A DNA stretch of 64,000 bases from an uncultured Pseudomonadota bacterium (GTDB taxonomy: Bacteria; Pseudomonadota; Alphaproteobacteria; Rs-D84). This document shows positions 19,575 through 29,105 of the stretch, one piece after another (positions within the stretch are counted from its first letter, which is position 1; each line of letters opens with the position of its first letter). Made by a program: the position numbers and the translations under genes. Where the stretch lies: NCBI GenBank assembly GCA_902762295.1, contig CACWNX010000001.1:532094-596093 (forward strand), in the 5' to 3' direction. Below the pieces are notes generated by a model that had not been told where the DNA came from, ran no database searches, and was given only the letters and a program-made list of their open reading frames with translations.

Positions 19575-20420
19575 ATGATGAAAAAGAAAATTGTATATAT
19601 TTCGGGTGCAGATACATTTGATGTAAATGATGTTCGGGCCGCATTTGAAGAGGTTCGTAGTACATTAAACCTTGATTCTGATACCATATTGTTTGGGGTC
19701 CCGGTGGATGATGCCGCCCCGGCGGTTGACAGGGTTTCAGAACCAATCGCGTGCGAAACGGTAATTGCCGAAGAATCGGTGGATGATGACACAGTTCCAA
19801 CACCAGAAATTGAACCAGTAGAAGTTTCAGATGATGACAACGATATAATCGCCGGTGATTCGGAATCAACTGTCCCAATTTTGTCTGTATTGGCATCAAA
19901 GTCGGTTGAAGTCGTTGACGATGATAGTGATTCACAAATATCAGATTCTGGTCCAGATATTATTGAAGAATCTGAAAATATTGAATTATCAGATTCGGAA
20001 ACAGATAATACATCGGATGAAATCACCGATGATATGCTGAATACCGATGCGCCCGAAGATACATCCGAAAAAACACTGGAAACATTGCTAGAATCTATGA
20101 CCCCGTTGCGTGAAGATGTGCATACCTCACAGAACGGGTTTGAAAAAGATAAATCAGATGCAGTAATTATGGATGATGTTGATGCAACACTGGAAAATCT
20201 TGCCAGCGAATTTGCCGAGACCCAAGACAAAATGCCAAAGCCAAAGAAAAATTCAGAACGTGGCAAAATCGGCAAATTAAAAAATATATTACCGTTTAAA
20301 AAGATGAAAAAAGACGATTCAGGTTTAATGGGCGATTTGTTTGGATGGGCCGGAATTGCCGCAAATGACGAAGATTTTTCTATCCCGGGATTCTTTACAA
20401 ATGCCGCATCAAAAAAATAG
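19575..20420 (+). CDS. Highly acidic, probably disordered protein (~280 aa).
   Basis: Start MMKKKIVYISGADTF after a GTGGGGA RBS. D/E/S-rich body. The antisense Ser-rich ORF 19517-20275 is judged spurious. Confidence 0.55.
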   Translation: MMKKKIVYISGADTFDVNDVRAAFEEVRSTLNLDSDTILFGVPVDDAAPAVDRVSEPIACETVIAEESVDDDTVPTPEIEPVEVSDDDNDIIAGDSESTVPILSVLASKSVEVVDDDSDSQISDSGPDIIEESENIELSDSETDNTSDEITDDMLNTDAPEDTSEKTLETLLESMTPLREDVHTSQNGFEKDKSDAVIMDDVDATLENLASEFAETQDKMPKPKKNSERGKIGKLKNILPFKKMKKDDSGLMGDLFGWAGIAANDEDFSIPGFFTNAASKK

Positions 20421-20434
20421 AAAGAATCTAGACA

Positions 20435-21472
20435 GTGAATGAAGTTTACAATGTTGTTCGGTTGTTGGAAAAATCTGGACTGCGTGTCCAGGGTGCCGAT
20501 GATGCATTTATATACATAGAAGATCCATCGTGCGTGTTGCGTGCGTTTGAAAATTTTTTAGAATATGCCTGGATGGCAATTGGTGTAATTACCGCAGGTT
20601 TGATAATCGGTTGGGGAATTTCAATGATTCGTGGTGCCAAAAATGCCATTACCGAAAACTTTAAAACATTAATTTTGGTTTTTGGAATTTTGACCGCGAT
20701 GTGGCCAATTCTGAATGTAATATACGGTGGAAATTTGGTTGGCGCAATGTGTAAAACAACAAAAGTTGCAATTTCAAATGTGAATGAAATTTTGACAACA
20801 AAACCCAAAAATGCGAGTTCAAATTTGTCACTTTACGAAGATATTGATATTTACGATTCGGGGCCGGTTAATGTGTCGGAACCAAGTTTGTCGGATTACA
20901 GCAGTCTTGATGAGTTTATGGATGAATTTGATGACGGCATTAGTGATGTGTTTGAATCTTATACACAAAATACAAATGTCGCATCAAATACGGTTTCTGT
21001 AAATTTATCGTCGGGTAATCGGGCGATATCCGCACATGTTAATCCAAATTCACCAGGTGAAATTTATTATACGCACTCTGATGGTTCAAGACATGCCAAT
21101 ATTGCCGGGTCATTAACATGGCGCGCAAATAATCCCGGTGCATTGCGTTCATCACAATTGACCAAACGTATGGGGGAAATAGGTATGACCGCAAATGGTT
21201 TCGCCATATTCCCCGATGAAGAAACCGGGCGGCGCGCTCAATTAGCATTGTTAAAAACACCACGATACCAGAATAAAACAATTGCCCAGGCGATAAATAT
21301 ATATGCGCCCGCATCGGATGGAAATAATCCGCAATCCTATGCCGCCAAGGTCGCGCGTGATTTAATGGTTTCGGTAAATACATTTATGCGCGATTTATCG
21401 GATAATCAATTGATACAGGTCGCTGCAACAATTCGGCGCATAGAAGGTTGGCGACCCGGTACAGTAAAATAA
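20435..21472 (+). CDS. Membrane protein, hypothetical (345 aa).
   Basis: Two predicted TM helices (AWMAIGVITAGLIIGWGI, LILVFGILTAMWPILNVI) followed by a soluble C-terminal domain. Confidence 0.6.
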   Translation: MNEVYNVVRLLEKSGLRVQGADDAFIYIEDPSCVLRAFENFLEYAWMAIGVITAGLIIGWGISMIRGAKNAITENFKTLILVFGILTAMWPILNVIYGGNLVGAMCKTTKVAISNVNEILTTKPKNASSNLSLYEDIDIYDSGPVNVSEPSLSDYSSLDEFMDEFDDGISDVFESYTQNTNVASNTVSVNLSSGNRAISAHVNPNSPGEIYYTHSDGSRHANIAGSLTWRANNPGALRSSQLTKRMGEIGMTANGFAIFPDEETGRRAQLALLKTPRYQNKTIAQAINIYAPASDGNNPQSYAAKVARDLMVSVNTFMRDLSDNQLIQVAATIRRIEGWRPGTVK

Positions 21473-21486
21473 TAGGGGAAATAATT

Positions 21487-22092
21487 ATGATACAAAATAA
21501 AAAAACATCAGGAATGTGGCGAATAGTGGTTCTGGGCATATTACTTATTGTTGGGGTGATGATAATTTATTTTATAGAAAATAATAAACACACCAAGAAT
21601 GTGGTCGCAGAAACCGGATCATTCACCGTATCAACAGAATCTGGTGAAACCTTTTCTGATGGACTTCAAAATTCATCAAACATTCGTCGCTTTGAACCCG
21701 ATGATTCGGGTGCCGGTATTACCGAAATTGCCGAATACACATATGATATAAACAATGATGGCCGACCCGACAGAATCACACGCAGTCGCGTAGAAAACGG
21801 AACCGTACATTTTCAATATGTTTATAAAATAGAATTAAATGATAATGAAAAATATGTTGATATAACACCACGTAATTTCTATACCGTTGAAGGCGCCGAA
21901 TGCGCATTACAAAAATTACAGTTTTCATTCAAACCCGATTTTTCGGTGACAAAAATATCACGTCCGATGGCTGATGATTGGAATACACCAACACAATCAA
22001 CAAAAACAGTTTTCGCATTGTGGAATAATAAAATACATACGGTGTCCAGCATTGAATATAAAACGGCGTGCGATGTTTCGGAATTATATTAA
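21487..22092 (+). CDS. Membrane-anchored hypothetical protein (~200 aa).
   Basis: AGGGGA RBS, MIQNKKTSGMWRIVVLGILLIVGVMIIYFI N-terminal anchor. Confidence 0.55.
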   Translation: MIQNKKTSGMWRIVVLGILLIVGVMIIYFIENNKHTKNVVAETGSFTVSTESGETFSDGLQNSSNIRRFEPDDSGAGITEIAEYTYDINNDGRPDRITRSRVENGTVHFQYVYKIELNDNEKYVDITPRNFYTVEGAECALQKLQFSFKPDFSVTKISRPMADDWNTPTQSTKTVFALWNNKIHTVSSIEYKTACDVSELY

Positions 22093-22767
22093 CCCGCAAT
22101 CACGCATAGAATACAATATGCCGCCCGATACAACAAAATGGTCGTAAAGTTTTACACCAACAATATCTAATTTTTGAATGATATCTTTTGTGACGATTTC
22201 ATCTTCGCGTGAAAATGATGTTTGTGCGCGTGGATGATTATGAATCAGTACAACAAACCGCGCATTTAATATCATTGCATGTTTCACAATTTCGGTCGGA
22301 TATACCGCAGCATCATTATTTGAACCAATACTGTGCATTTGGTTTTCAATTAAACGATAGTCCACATCCAAATATAATACATGCATTTCTTCAATTGGCT
22401 TTCCACCAAGCATCAGTTTACAGTAATTTTCAAAATGTTCCCGTGTTTGAAATATATTTGAATCTTTGGCTTCGCAATGATATCCGGCCAGCATAACTTG
22501 ATGAATCGTTTTTATAAATATTGCGGTGTTGCGTCCCATTCCTGGAACCTTGCACAGTTCGTCGATGGATGCGGATAAAATTGGATACATTCCACCAAAT
22601 TTTTTAAACAGCATCCGTGCCAACGGACGAACATCACGACGCGGAATCGCATAACTTAACAACAGTTCCAGTATCTCATATTTCGCGAGGTTTCCGTCAA
22701 GGAAATTTTGCCGCAGTCTTTCCCTGTGTCCGGCGCGTAAAGATAAATCAGATTCTTTTTCCGCCAT
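22084..22767 (-). CDS. radC: RadC-family protein (JAB/MPN-domain DNA repair protein).
   Basis: JAMM motif HNHPRAQTSFSREDEIVTKD. N-terminal helix-hairpin-helix region. Confidence 0.8.
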   Translation of the reverse strand: MAEKESDLSLRAGHRERLRQNFLDGNLAKYEILELLLSYAIPRRDVRPLARMLFKKFGGMYPILSASIDELCKVPGMGRNTAIFIKTIHQVMLAGYHCEAKDSNIFQTREHFENYCKLMLGGKPIEEMHVLYLDVDYRLIENQMHSIGSNNDAAVYPTEIVKHAMILNARFVVLIHNHPRAQTSFSREDEIVTKDIIQKLDIVGVKLYDHFVVSGGILYSMRDCGLI

Positions 22768-22774
22768 TTTTGTT

Positions 22775-23536
22775 TTATACCATTTTTTCGGTAAATATTA
22801 TAACACCATCTTCGGTAATACCCAATGTGTGTTCCCATTGTGCCGACAGTCCCCCATCAACCGTTCGTGCCGTCCAGCCGTCTGGGTCAATTTTGCATTC
22901 CGCGCGCCCAGTATTTATCATCGGTTCAATCGTAAATACTAATCCCGGAACCATTTTAACCTTGTCCCACATTTTATCATAGAAATGATATATCTGTGGA
23001 TCATCATGCATAACTTTGCCAATACCATGACCGACAAAATCACGTGATATTGAAAATCCATGTGGTTTAACGACCGTCTCTATGGTTTTGCCGATTTCGG
23101 ACAATGGCACACCTGGTGCGCAAACTGCGATGGCGGCGTTCAGCGCATCTTGACATGTTTGAACCAGTTCACGCGCGCGCGGTGAAACATTACCAATCAT
23201 AAACATACGCGACGAATCACCGTGAAACCCCTTGTATTCGGCGGTCAAATCTACATTTACAATGTCACCATCTTTTAGTATGACATCGTCACTTGGGATT
23301 CCATGCACAATTACATCATTAACCGATGTGCAAATGCTTTTTGGATAGCCCTGATATCCCAAATCTGATGAACGTGCACCGTTTTCCCGCAGAAATTCCG
23401 CCACCATTCGATCAATTTCACCGGTTGATATACCTGCGCGAATATACGGCGTTATATAATCAAAACACCGCGCAACCAAATCACCAACGACGCGCAGTCG
23501 TTTAAAATCCTTTGGCGCATACACAGATGATAACAT
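22775..23536 (-). CDS. map: Methionine aminopeptidase, type I.
   Basis: DIVNVDLTAEYKGFHGDSSRMF and HGIG motifs. 253 aa. Confidence 0.9.
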   Translation of the reverse strand: MLSSVYAPKDFKRLRVVGDLVARCFDYITPYIRAGISTGEIDRMVAEFLRENGARSSDLGYQGYPKSICTSVNDVIVHGIPSDDVILKDGDIVNVDLTAEYKGFHGDSSRMFMIGNVSPRARELVQTCQDALNAAIAVCAPGVPLSEIGKTIETVVKPHGFSISRDFVGHGIGKVMHDDPQIYHFYDKMWDKVKMVPGLVFTIEPMINTGRAECKIDPDGWTARTVDGGLSAQWEHTLGITEDGVIIFTEKMV

Positions 23537-23537
23537 T

Positions 23538-24527
23538 TTAATTCCTCCGTTTAATAGACATTTTATATGTTTTTAATACTAGTTTTAGCGCAAAGTCGCG
23601 TAACAAAATTTCTGCCGGCATACCGGTTGTTCGCATCTGGGATTCTAATTCATTCAGACGCGTTAAAACCGCACATATATCAGATTCAGACCATATTTTC
23701 ATCGCGGTATTAAATTTGTCAGAAACCTTCCAAAAAAGTCGTGGCAGTTGACCATCAACAACCGCGGTCAGCAGTGTTTTAAAATGACGATCCAGCATAC
23801 GAACCAACATATTCGGTTCGGCGTTATCATACAACAACCGATCCAGTGCAAGCAATGTTTGTTGAATATGTCCGGCGGTCAGCGAATACAGAAAATCATC
23901 GGTGTTTGCCGCGCCTGTGTCGGGTAAACATTTTTCAACATCATCCAAGTCAATGCTTTTTTTGTCGTCAACATATAATGCGATTTTCCCCAAGAAACCG
24001 CGCGTAATTCCACGATCGCCCCCAAGATGTGTCAGCATATATGTCATTGCATCGGGTGAAATCTGTTTTATACCCGCATTTGTAAAAAGTTCATTTCGTA
24101 TCAGTGTTTCCAATGTTTTTGTGTCATCGCTATAACACGCGATTGCGGCAATTTTTTCACCACCTTCAAACAAAGTGCGCAGCCCCCCACCAAAACGCAA
24201 ATCACCCGCCGTTACAATAACCATTGCATCCAATCCGGGATGTTCAACCAAGTCATGAATAATTTTTGCATCAGAATCACCGGCACCCGAAATTATAACC
24301 ATTTTGCGGCCACCAAACATAGATGGCGTGCATGCCTCGGCAAACAGGGCATCTGATTTGTCACGCAGTTCATTTGAATCCAACGCAAAAATATTATCTT
24401 TTTCAACAGATAATAATTCAACAGACTTGTCGCATAATTCATCAACCAACCCCGCGTCAGGACCATATACCAATACCGCCTTGACGCTTTGAATTCCTTT
24501 GGAAAAATCAGATTCTTTCCACTTCAT
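23538..24527 (-). CDS. holA: DNA polymerase III subunit delta.
   Basis: Family pattern (VLVYGPDAGL...). Conserved position in the lptE-holA arrangement. Confidence 0.75.
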   Translation of the reverse strand: MKWKESDFSKGIQSVKAVLVYGPDAGLVDELCDKSVELLSVEKDNIFALDSNELRDKSDALFAEACTPSMFGGRKMVIISGAGDSDAKIIHDLVEHPGLDAMVIVTAGDLRFGGGLRTLFEGGEKIAAIACYSDDTKTLETLIRNELFTNAGIKQISPDAMTYMLTHLGGDRGITRGFLGKIALYVDDKKSIDLDDVEKCLPDTGAANTDDFLYSLTAGHIQQTLLALDRLLYDNAEPNMLVRMLDRHFKTLLTAVVDGQLPRLFWKVSDKFNTAMKIWSESDICAVLTRLNELESQMRTTGMPAEILLRDFALKLVLKTYKMSIKRRN

Positions 24528-24997
24528 TATTTTTTTGATACCCCGCGTTCATATTCTGATACCGCAACAATTGCGCGGGTCCCGATTTTATCTGCTAATA
24601 CCGTAATCGTGTTCGCAACTGCATTATTATACGATGCATTTGCCGCGACCAAATATCGTACAAATGTGTATGATTCAGATGCGACCTCGGTCCCATGGGC
24701 AATCTGTGCGCCATTATGTGTCAATGTGTATTCCGCCCGCAACATTATTTCTTGCCATGTGGCATTTCCTGTTTTTTCCAATGCTTTATACTTTGTTTCC
24801 GGTGGCGCAAGTTTTACCGTTAAAATGTACGGCGCATTTTCATTTCGCGGACCACCAAATTTTGTGTTTAGCGAATTGCGCAATTCAATACCATTTATAC
24901 CACTTATTGCCGGAACATATATATCGGTTTTATTACCCGAAAAAATCGGGGTAAAGCCGCAACCACATAAAAATAAGCACATCAGAAATTTTTTCAT
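24527..24997 (-). CDS. lptE: LPS-assembly lipoprotein LptE.
   Basis: MKKFLMCLFLCGCGFTPIF lipobox. Size and position immediately upstream of holA. Confidence 0.65.
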   Translation of the reverse strand: MKKFLMCLFLCGCGFTPIFSGNKTDIYVPAISGINGIELRNSLNTKFGGPRNENAPYILTVKLAPPETKYKALEKTGNATWQEIMLRAEYTLTHNGAQIAHGTEVASESYTFVRYLVAANASYNNAVANTITVLADKIGTRAIVAVSEYERGVSKK

Positions 24998-25090
24998 CTT
25001 TATATCACCAATTTTTTTATAAACATTCGTTTTCTTATTGAAATTTATTCATATATTACCTAGACTTTTATTAAATCGCAAGGGGGAAAG

Positions 25091-26515
25091 ATGAATATTT
25101 TTCTTATTATGTTGATGTCATTATTTATGGCGGGATATTATATGTTCTTTGCGCCAAACACACGCGTTCGGGAACAAGAAACCGAACGTGCAATTGTTGT
25201 TTCAGATTTGCGTTCGGTCGCCGAATGTACAATTGCGGTTCATAATGCAACGATTGCAGGCGGCGTATTTGATGATGTTTGTGTGGCGCAAAATGATATT
25301 AAAACATCAAACTTTTGTTTGGATTCACGTGGTTCGATGGCCCAGTGTGACGGTGATGGGTCAAAGCGCGCGGTGGCGAACTTTATTGTGACTACAACGG
25401 CCCCACTGGATATATCTGATTACAACAATATGATGGAAATATTAGAGCAAAGTTTCGCAACCAGTGGTTCATTTGGGTTGTTCCAGGATGGATTTATCAT
25501 GGCGGGTGGAACAACATCTAAACGCACAGTTCCCGATGCAGTACAAAAACAATTGAATTTGGAAAATGGTCAACTGGTATATATGACACACTATGAAAAC
25601 CCTGGGGCAGGAAAGGTGTTTACGGTCACCGGCGGTGAAAATATTGTTTGTCCGGCCGGGACAAATAAAACATATCGTTTCGGGCGATGGCAATGTATCG
25701 GATATAATTTTAAAACCACATGTGGTGGTGATATGATGTGGGATAATACCTTATCTGAATGCGTGCCAGATGAATCACGCAAACCATTGTGCACTGGGAA
25801 TCAGACGGCGGTTATGGTTGAAAATTTATGGGAATGTGTCGACCCGTTCGCCGAACGCCAATGCCCGACCGGCATGTTGGCACGATTAAATTATGAAACA
25901 TTGGAATGGGAATGTGTTGAAGATCCAACCAACGTAAAGCCAAAATCAAAATGCACAATACCGAATATTCGTGTTGTGCGTGGCCGAGATGGCGCAACAT
26001 TAAGGTTGGCATCAACATCATGCACGGACTGTGAAAAAATGCTGATAAACGAAACCACGTGCGATGCAGTATGTGTGCCTGATCCGACCAAGATAACATC
26101 TCCGTCGTGTTATCCCGGGCGCGTTTCTGAATGCAGCGGTCCATCGCGTGCATTGTATTTTGGATTTCCAAATGCGGCATATGTTGCAAATGTGACCGAT
26201 GTAGCGAATTTGGAAGTGCCGTTTGATGGATTACATTCCCAGAATCGTAAATTTAATTGTTTTGAATGTCCAACTGGAATTATTGATGGTTCGCGTTCGG
26301 TGGCACCGTATGTTGCCGTGTGTACCAATAGGGCATATGCCAAAACATCATCTGATTCGGAATTTGATGCATCTGCATTGGACCCAGATTCGTACTGGGA
26401 ATATGGCCCTGAATCAGAAATTATGCCCGAAACTATCGAAAAAACAGACGAGAAACCAATTGAAAAATCTGAATCAGAATCGGATTTGGGCGCAAATGAT
26501 TTGTTTTCACGGTAA
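25091..26515 (+). CDS. Cysteine-rich protein with an N-terminal hydrophobic anchor (474 aa), unknown function.
   Basis: MNIFLIMLMSLFMAGYYMFF anchor. ~30 Cys, many in CxxxC/CPxG-type spacing. Acidic C-terminal tail. Confidence 0.6.
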   Translation: MNIFLIMLMSLFMAGYYMFFAPNTRVREQETERAIVVSDLRSVAECTIAVHNATIAGGVFDDVCVAQNDIKTSNFCLDSRGSMAQCDGDGSKRAVANFIVTTTAPLDISDYNNMMEILEQSFATSGSFGLFQDGFIMAGGTTSKRTVPDAVQKQLNLENGQLVYMTHYENPGAGKVFTVTGGENIVCPAGTNKTYRFGRWQCIGYNFKTTCGGDMMWDNTLSECVPDESRKPLCTGNQTAVMVENLWECVDPFAERQCPTGMLARLNYETLEWECVEDPTNVKPKSKCTIPNIRVVRGRDGATLRLASTSCTDCEKMLINETTCDAVCVPDPTKITSPSCYPGRVSECSGPSRALYFGFPNAAYVANVTDVANLEVPFDGLHSQNRKFNCFECPTGIIDGSRSVAPYVAVCTNRAYAKTSSDSEFDASALDPDSYWEYGPESEIMPETIEKTDEKPIEKSESESDLGANDLFSR

Positions 26516-26754
26516 AAATCATAAAGTTATCTACATATAGATAGAAATATCGATTCGCAAACTATATTTTGTGTTTTTTATGTTTTGCGAATCGCTTTCA
26601 AGGTAATTTTTATAATTTCGTTGATACAAAACACATTTTGGTGTGCGAATCGGTAAGTCGGTCACAGTCTGAATCGCCCGGATATGTGCCATTTTTAAAA
26701 GTAAAGTAAAAAAATAAAAAAAATTGCATTTTGTGTGTTGTTTATAATTGTCAA

Positions 26755-26803
26755 AAACTATATATTGTTGACGAAGTAATAACACGAACACAATATATTG
26801 TGT
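26755..26803 (+). promoter_or_regulatory. Tandem NrdR boxes upstream of nrdD.
   Basis: ACACAATATATTGTGT at 26788-26803 is a perfect 16-bp palindrome matching the NrdR-box consensus acaCwAtATaTwGtgt. A degenerate box AAACTATATATTGTTG sits ~33 bp upstream, consistent with the usual two-box spacing. Confidence 0.55.
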
Positions 26804-26855
26804 TTTTTGACAAAATTGGAGTTTTATAATGTCTGATACGCAGAAAGGGGGGAAA

Positions 26856-28871
26856 ATGCAAATTGCACCGACATTCGTTTGTAATATAATGAGTGTTCAG
26901 AAACGTTCGGGTGAAACGGTCACCTTTGATGCGAAAAAAATTTACGATGCAATTAAAAAGGCCGCATGTGCCACAAATGAAATATCTGATGAACGTGTTG
27001 TCCAAATCACAAATGAAGTATTGACCGATTTGGACAATAATTTTATGGGGCGCATTCCATCGGTCGAAGAAATTCAAGACACGGTTATTCGTAAATTGAT
27101 GGATTCCAGAGTTTATAAAACGGCCCAGGCATATATAATCTATCGTCAGAAACATTCTGAAATTCGTAACGCAAATGTTGATGCCGTTGACATAATTGAA
27201 AGTTATGTTGGTGGTTCGAACTGGCGTATTAAGGAAAATGCGAATATTGGTTATTCAATTGGTGGGCTGATTTTGCGTACCAGTGAACGTGTGACCGCAG
27301 AATATTGGCTGAATTTGATACCAACGGAAATTGCCGATGCGCATCGCAATGCGGCAATTCACCTGCATGATTTGGGTTGGTTAACCGGTTATTGTGCGGG
27401 TTGGTCATTGCGTGAGTTATTATATGAAGGTTTTAACGGCGTTCCGGGATATCTGCAGTGTGAACCGGCGCGTCATATGGCAACGGCGATTTCACATATG
27501 GTGAATTTCCTTGGAACATTGCAAAACGAATTTGCAGGTGCCCAGGCGTTTTCATCGGTTGATACATATCTGGCACCGTATGTTCGTATTGATAAAATGT
27601 CGTATGCAGATGTTAAGAACGCAATGCAGACATTGGTGTTTAACTGTGCGGTTCCGTGCCGCTGGGGAACCCAGACACCGTTTATCAACTTTACATTTGA
27701 TTGGACATGTCCAAAGGATTTACGCGCCCAGCGTCCATTCGTCGGTAAACAACAGGTCGATTTCACTTATGGTGATTTGCAGGCGGAAATGGATATGATA
27801 AACAAGGCATTCATAGAGGTTATGACCGAAGGTGATGCCCAGGGTCGTCCGTTTACCTTTCCAATTCCAACATATAATATAACGGATGATTTTCCTTGGG
27901 ACCATCCAAATGTGAAACCGTTGTTTGATTTGGCGGCAAAGTACGGTATCCCAAATTTCCAGAACTTTTTGAATTCTGATTTGAATCCAACGGATGTGCG
28001 TTCAATGTGTTGCAGGCTTCGCCTTGATGTACGCGAATTGTTAAAACGCGGTGGTGGTTTGTTTGGTTCGGCGGAAAAAACTGGATCTATTGGGGTGGTG
28101 ACAATGAATCTGGCACGGTTGGGATATTTGCACAAGGGTGATCGTGATGGTTTGTTCCGTGAATTAGAAAAACTGATGAACATGGGACGTGAATTTTTGG
28201 AAATTAAACGTCGGGTGATATCAAAGCATATGGAAAACGGTTTATATCCATTTACGCGTCGATATCTTGGAAACTGGAATCATCACTTTTCAACAATCGG
28301 TGTGAATGGTGCGAACGAAATGGTGTTGAACTTTACAAATGGTAAGGAAAATATCGCGACACCATATGGAAAGAAATTTGTTCTTGATTTAATGGACTTC
28401 ATGCGTGAAAAATTGGCGAATTTCCAGGAAGAAACCGGGAACCTGTATAATCTTGAAGCGACCCCGGCCGAAGGCTGTTCATATCGTTTTGCGAAAACAG
28501 ATGTTAAGAATTTCCCAGATATTATTACCGCCGGGACGCACGATGCACCATATTATACGAATTCAACCCAGTTGCCGGTGAACTTTACCGATGATCCGTT
28601 TGTTGCACTGGAACACCAGGAAGAATTGCAACGCAAATATACCGGTGGGACGATGTTGCATCTGTATATGGGTGAACCGGTGTCATCGGGCGAGGCGGCT
28701 CAAAAAATCGTTCGTACGATATTTGAAAATTACAAGATTCCGTATATGACCTTGACTCCGACATTTTCAATATGTCCAAAACATGGTTATTTACCGGGAC
28801 GACACGAGTTTTGTCCGAAATGTGATGCAGAATTAGGAATTACACCCGATGATGCATCAAACCGGGCATAA
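26856..28871 (+). CDS. nrdD: Anaerobic ribonucleoside-triphosphate reductase NrdD, catalytic chain lacking the C-terminal glycyl-radical domain.
   Basis: Strong SD AAGGGGGG before the ATG at 26856. N-terminal ATP cone (VQKRSGETVTFDAKKIYDAI). C-terminal Zn-ribbon remnants (CPKHG...CPKCD), then a stop. No RxxGY radical motif in this frame. Confidence 0.85.
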   Translation: MQIAPTFVCNIMSVQKRSGETVTFDAKKIYDAIKKAACATNEISDERVVQITNEVLTDLDNNFMGRIPSVEEIQDTVIRKLMDSRVYKTAQAYIIYRQKHSEIRNANVDAVDIIESYVGGSNWRIKENANIGYSIGGLILRTSERVTAEYWLNLIPTEIADAHRNAAIHLHDLGWLTGYCAGWSLRELLYEGFNGVPGYLQCEPARHMATAISHMVNFLGTLQNEFAGAQAFSSVDTYLAPYVRIDKMSYADVKNAMQTLVFNCAVPCRWGTQTPFINFTFDWTCPKDLRAQRPFVGKQQVDFTYGDLQAEMDMINKAFIEVMTEGDAQGRPFTFPIPTYNITDDFPWDHPNVKPLFDLAAKYGIPNFQNFLNSDLNPTDVRSMCCRLRLDVRELLKRGGGLFGSAEKTGSIGVVTMNLARLGYLHKGDRDGLFRELEKLMNMGREFLEIKRRVISKHMENGLYPFTRRYLGNWNHHFSTIGVNGANEMVLNFTNGKENIATPYGKKFVLDLMDFMREKLANFQEETGNLYNLEATPAEGCSYRFAKTDVKNFPDIITAGTHDAPYYTNSTQLPVNFTDDPFVALEHQEELQRKYTGGTMLHLYMGEPVSSGEAAQKIVRTIFENYKIPYMTLTPTFSICPKHGYLPGRHEFCPKCDAELGITPDDASNRA

Positions 28872-28914
28872 AAGTTTAACAATTAACACAATCAAAACAG
28901 GAAAGGAGAGTAAA

Positions 28915-29100
28915 ATGATTGCAAACACACAACAAAGAACACCATGTGAAGTTTTTTCGCGCAGTATGGGATTTATCCGACCGGTAAGTAATTTTAATAT
29001 TGGTAAATATTCGGAATTCTGTGAACGAAAAACATTTACCGAAGCGAACAGTTTGACCGCCGGCATACGCCATTGTGATTTATTGAAAAAGGTGGCATAG
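28915..29100 (+). CDS. Stand-alone NrdD glycyl-radical domain protein (61 aa).
   Basis: Own SD GGAAAGGAGAG 7 nt before the ATG at 28915. TPCEVFSRSMGFIRPVSNFNIGKYSEF matches the NrdD C-terminal radical motif (RVxGYxRPVxxWNxGKxxE). Confidence 0.6.
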   Translation: MIANTQQRTPCEVFSRSMGFIRPVSNFNIGKYSEFCERKTFTEANSLTAGIRHCDLLKKVA

Positions 29101-29105
29101 TAAAC

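Noticed and set aside
19517-20275. 252-aa Ser-rich ORF antisense to the acidic protein gene
   Set aside because: It is the mirror frame of a D/E/S-rich coding region. The low-complexity composition is an artefact of the sense strand. No RBS.
28849-28914. Upstream extension (MMHQTGHKSLTINTIKTGKESK) of the glycyl-radical ORF, and the idea of a simple frameshift in nrdD
   Set aside because: The extension overlaps the nrdD stop region and has no RBS, whereas the ATG at 28915 has a strong SD. Joining the frames would require extra unconserved residues. A single indel therefore does not cleanly restore a canonical NrdD.
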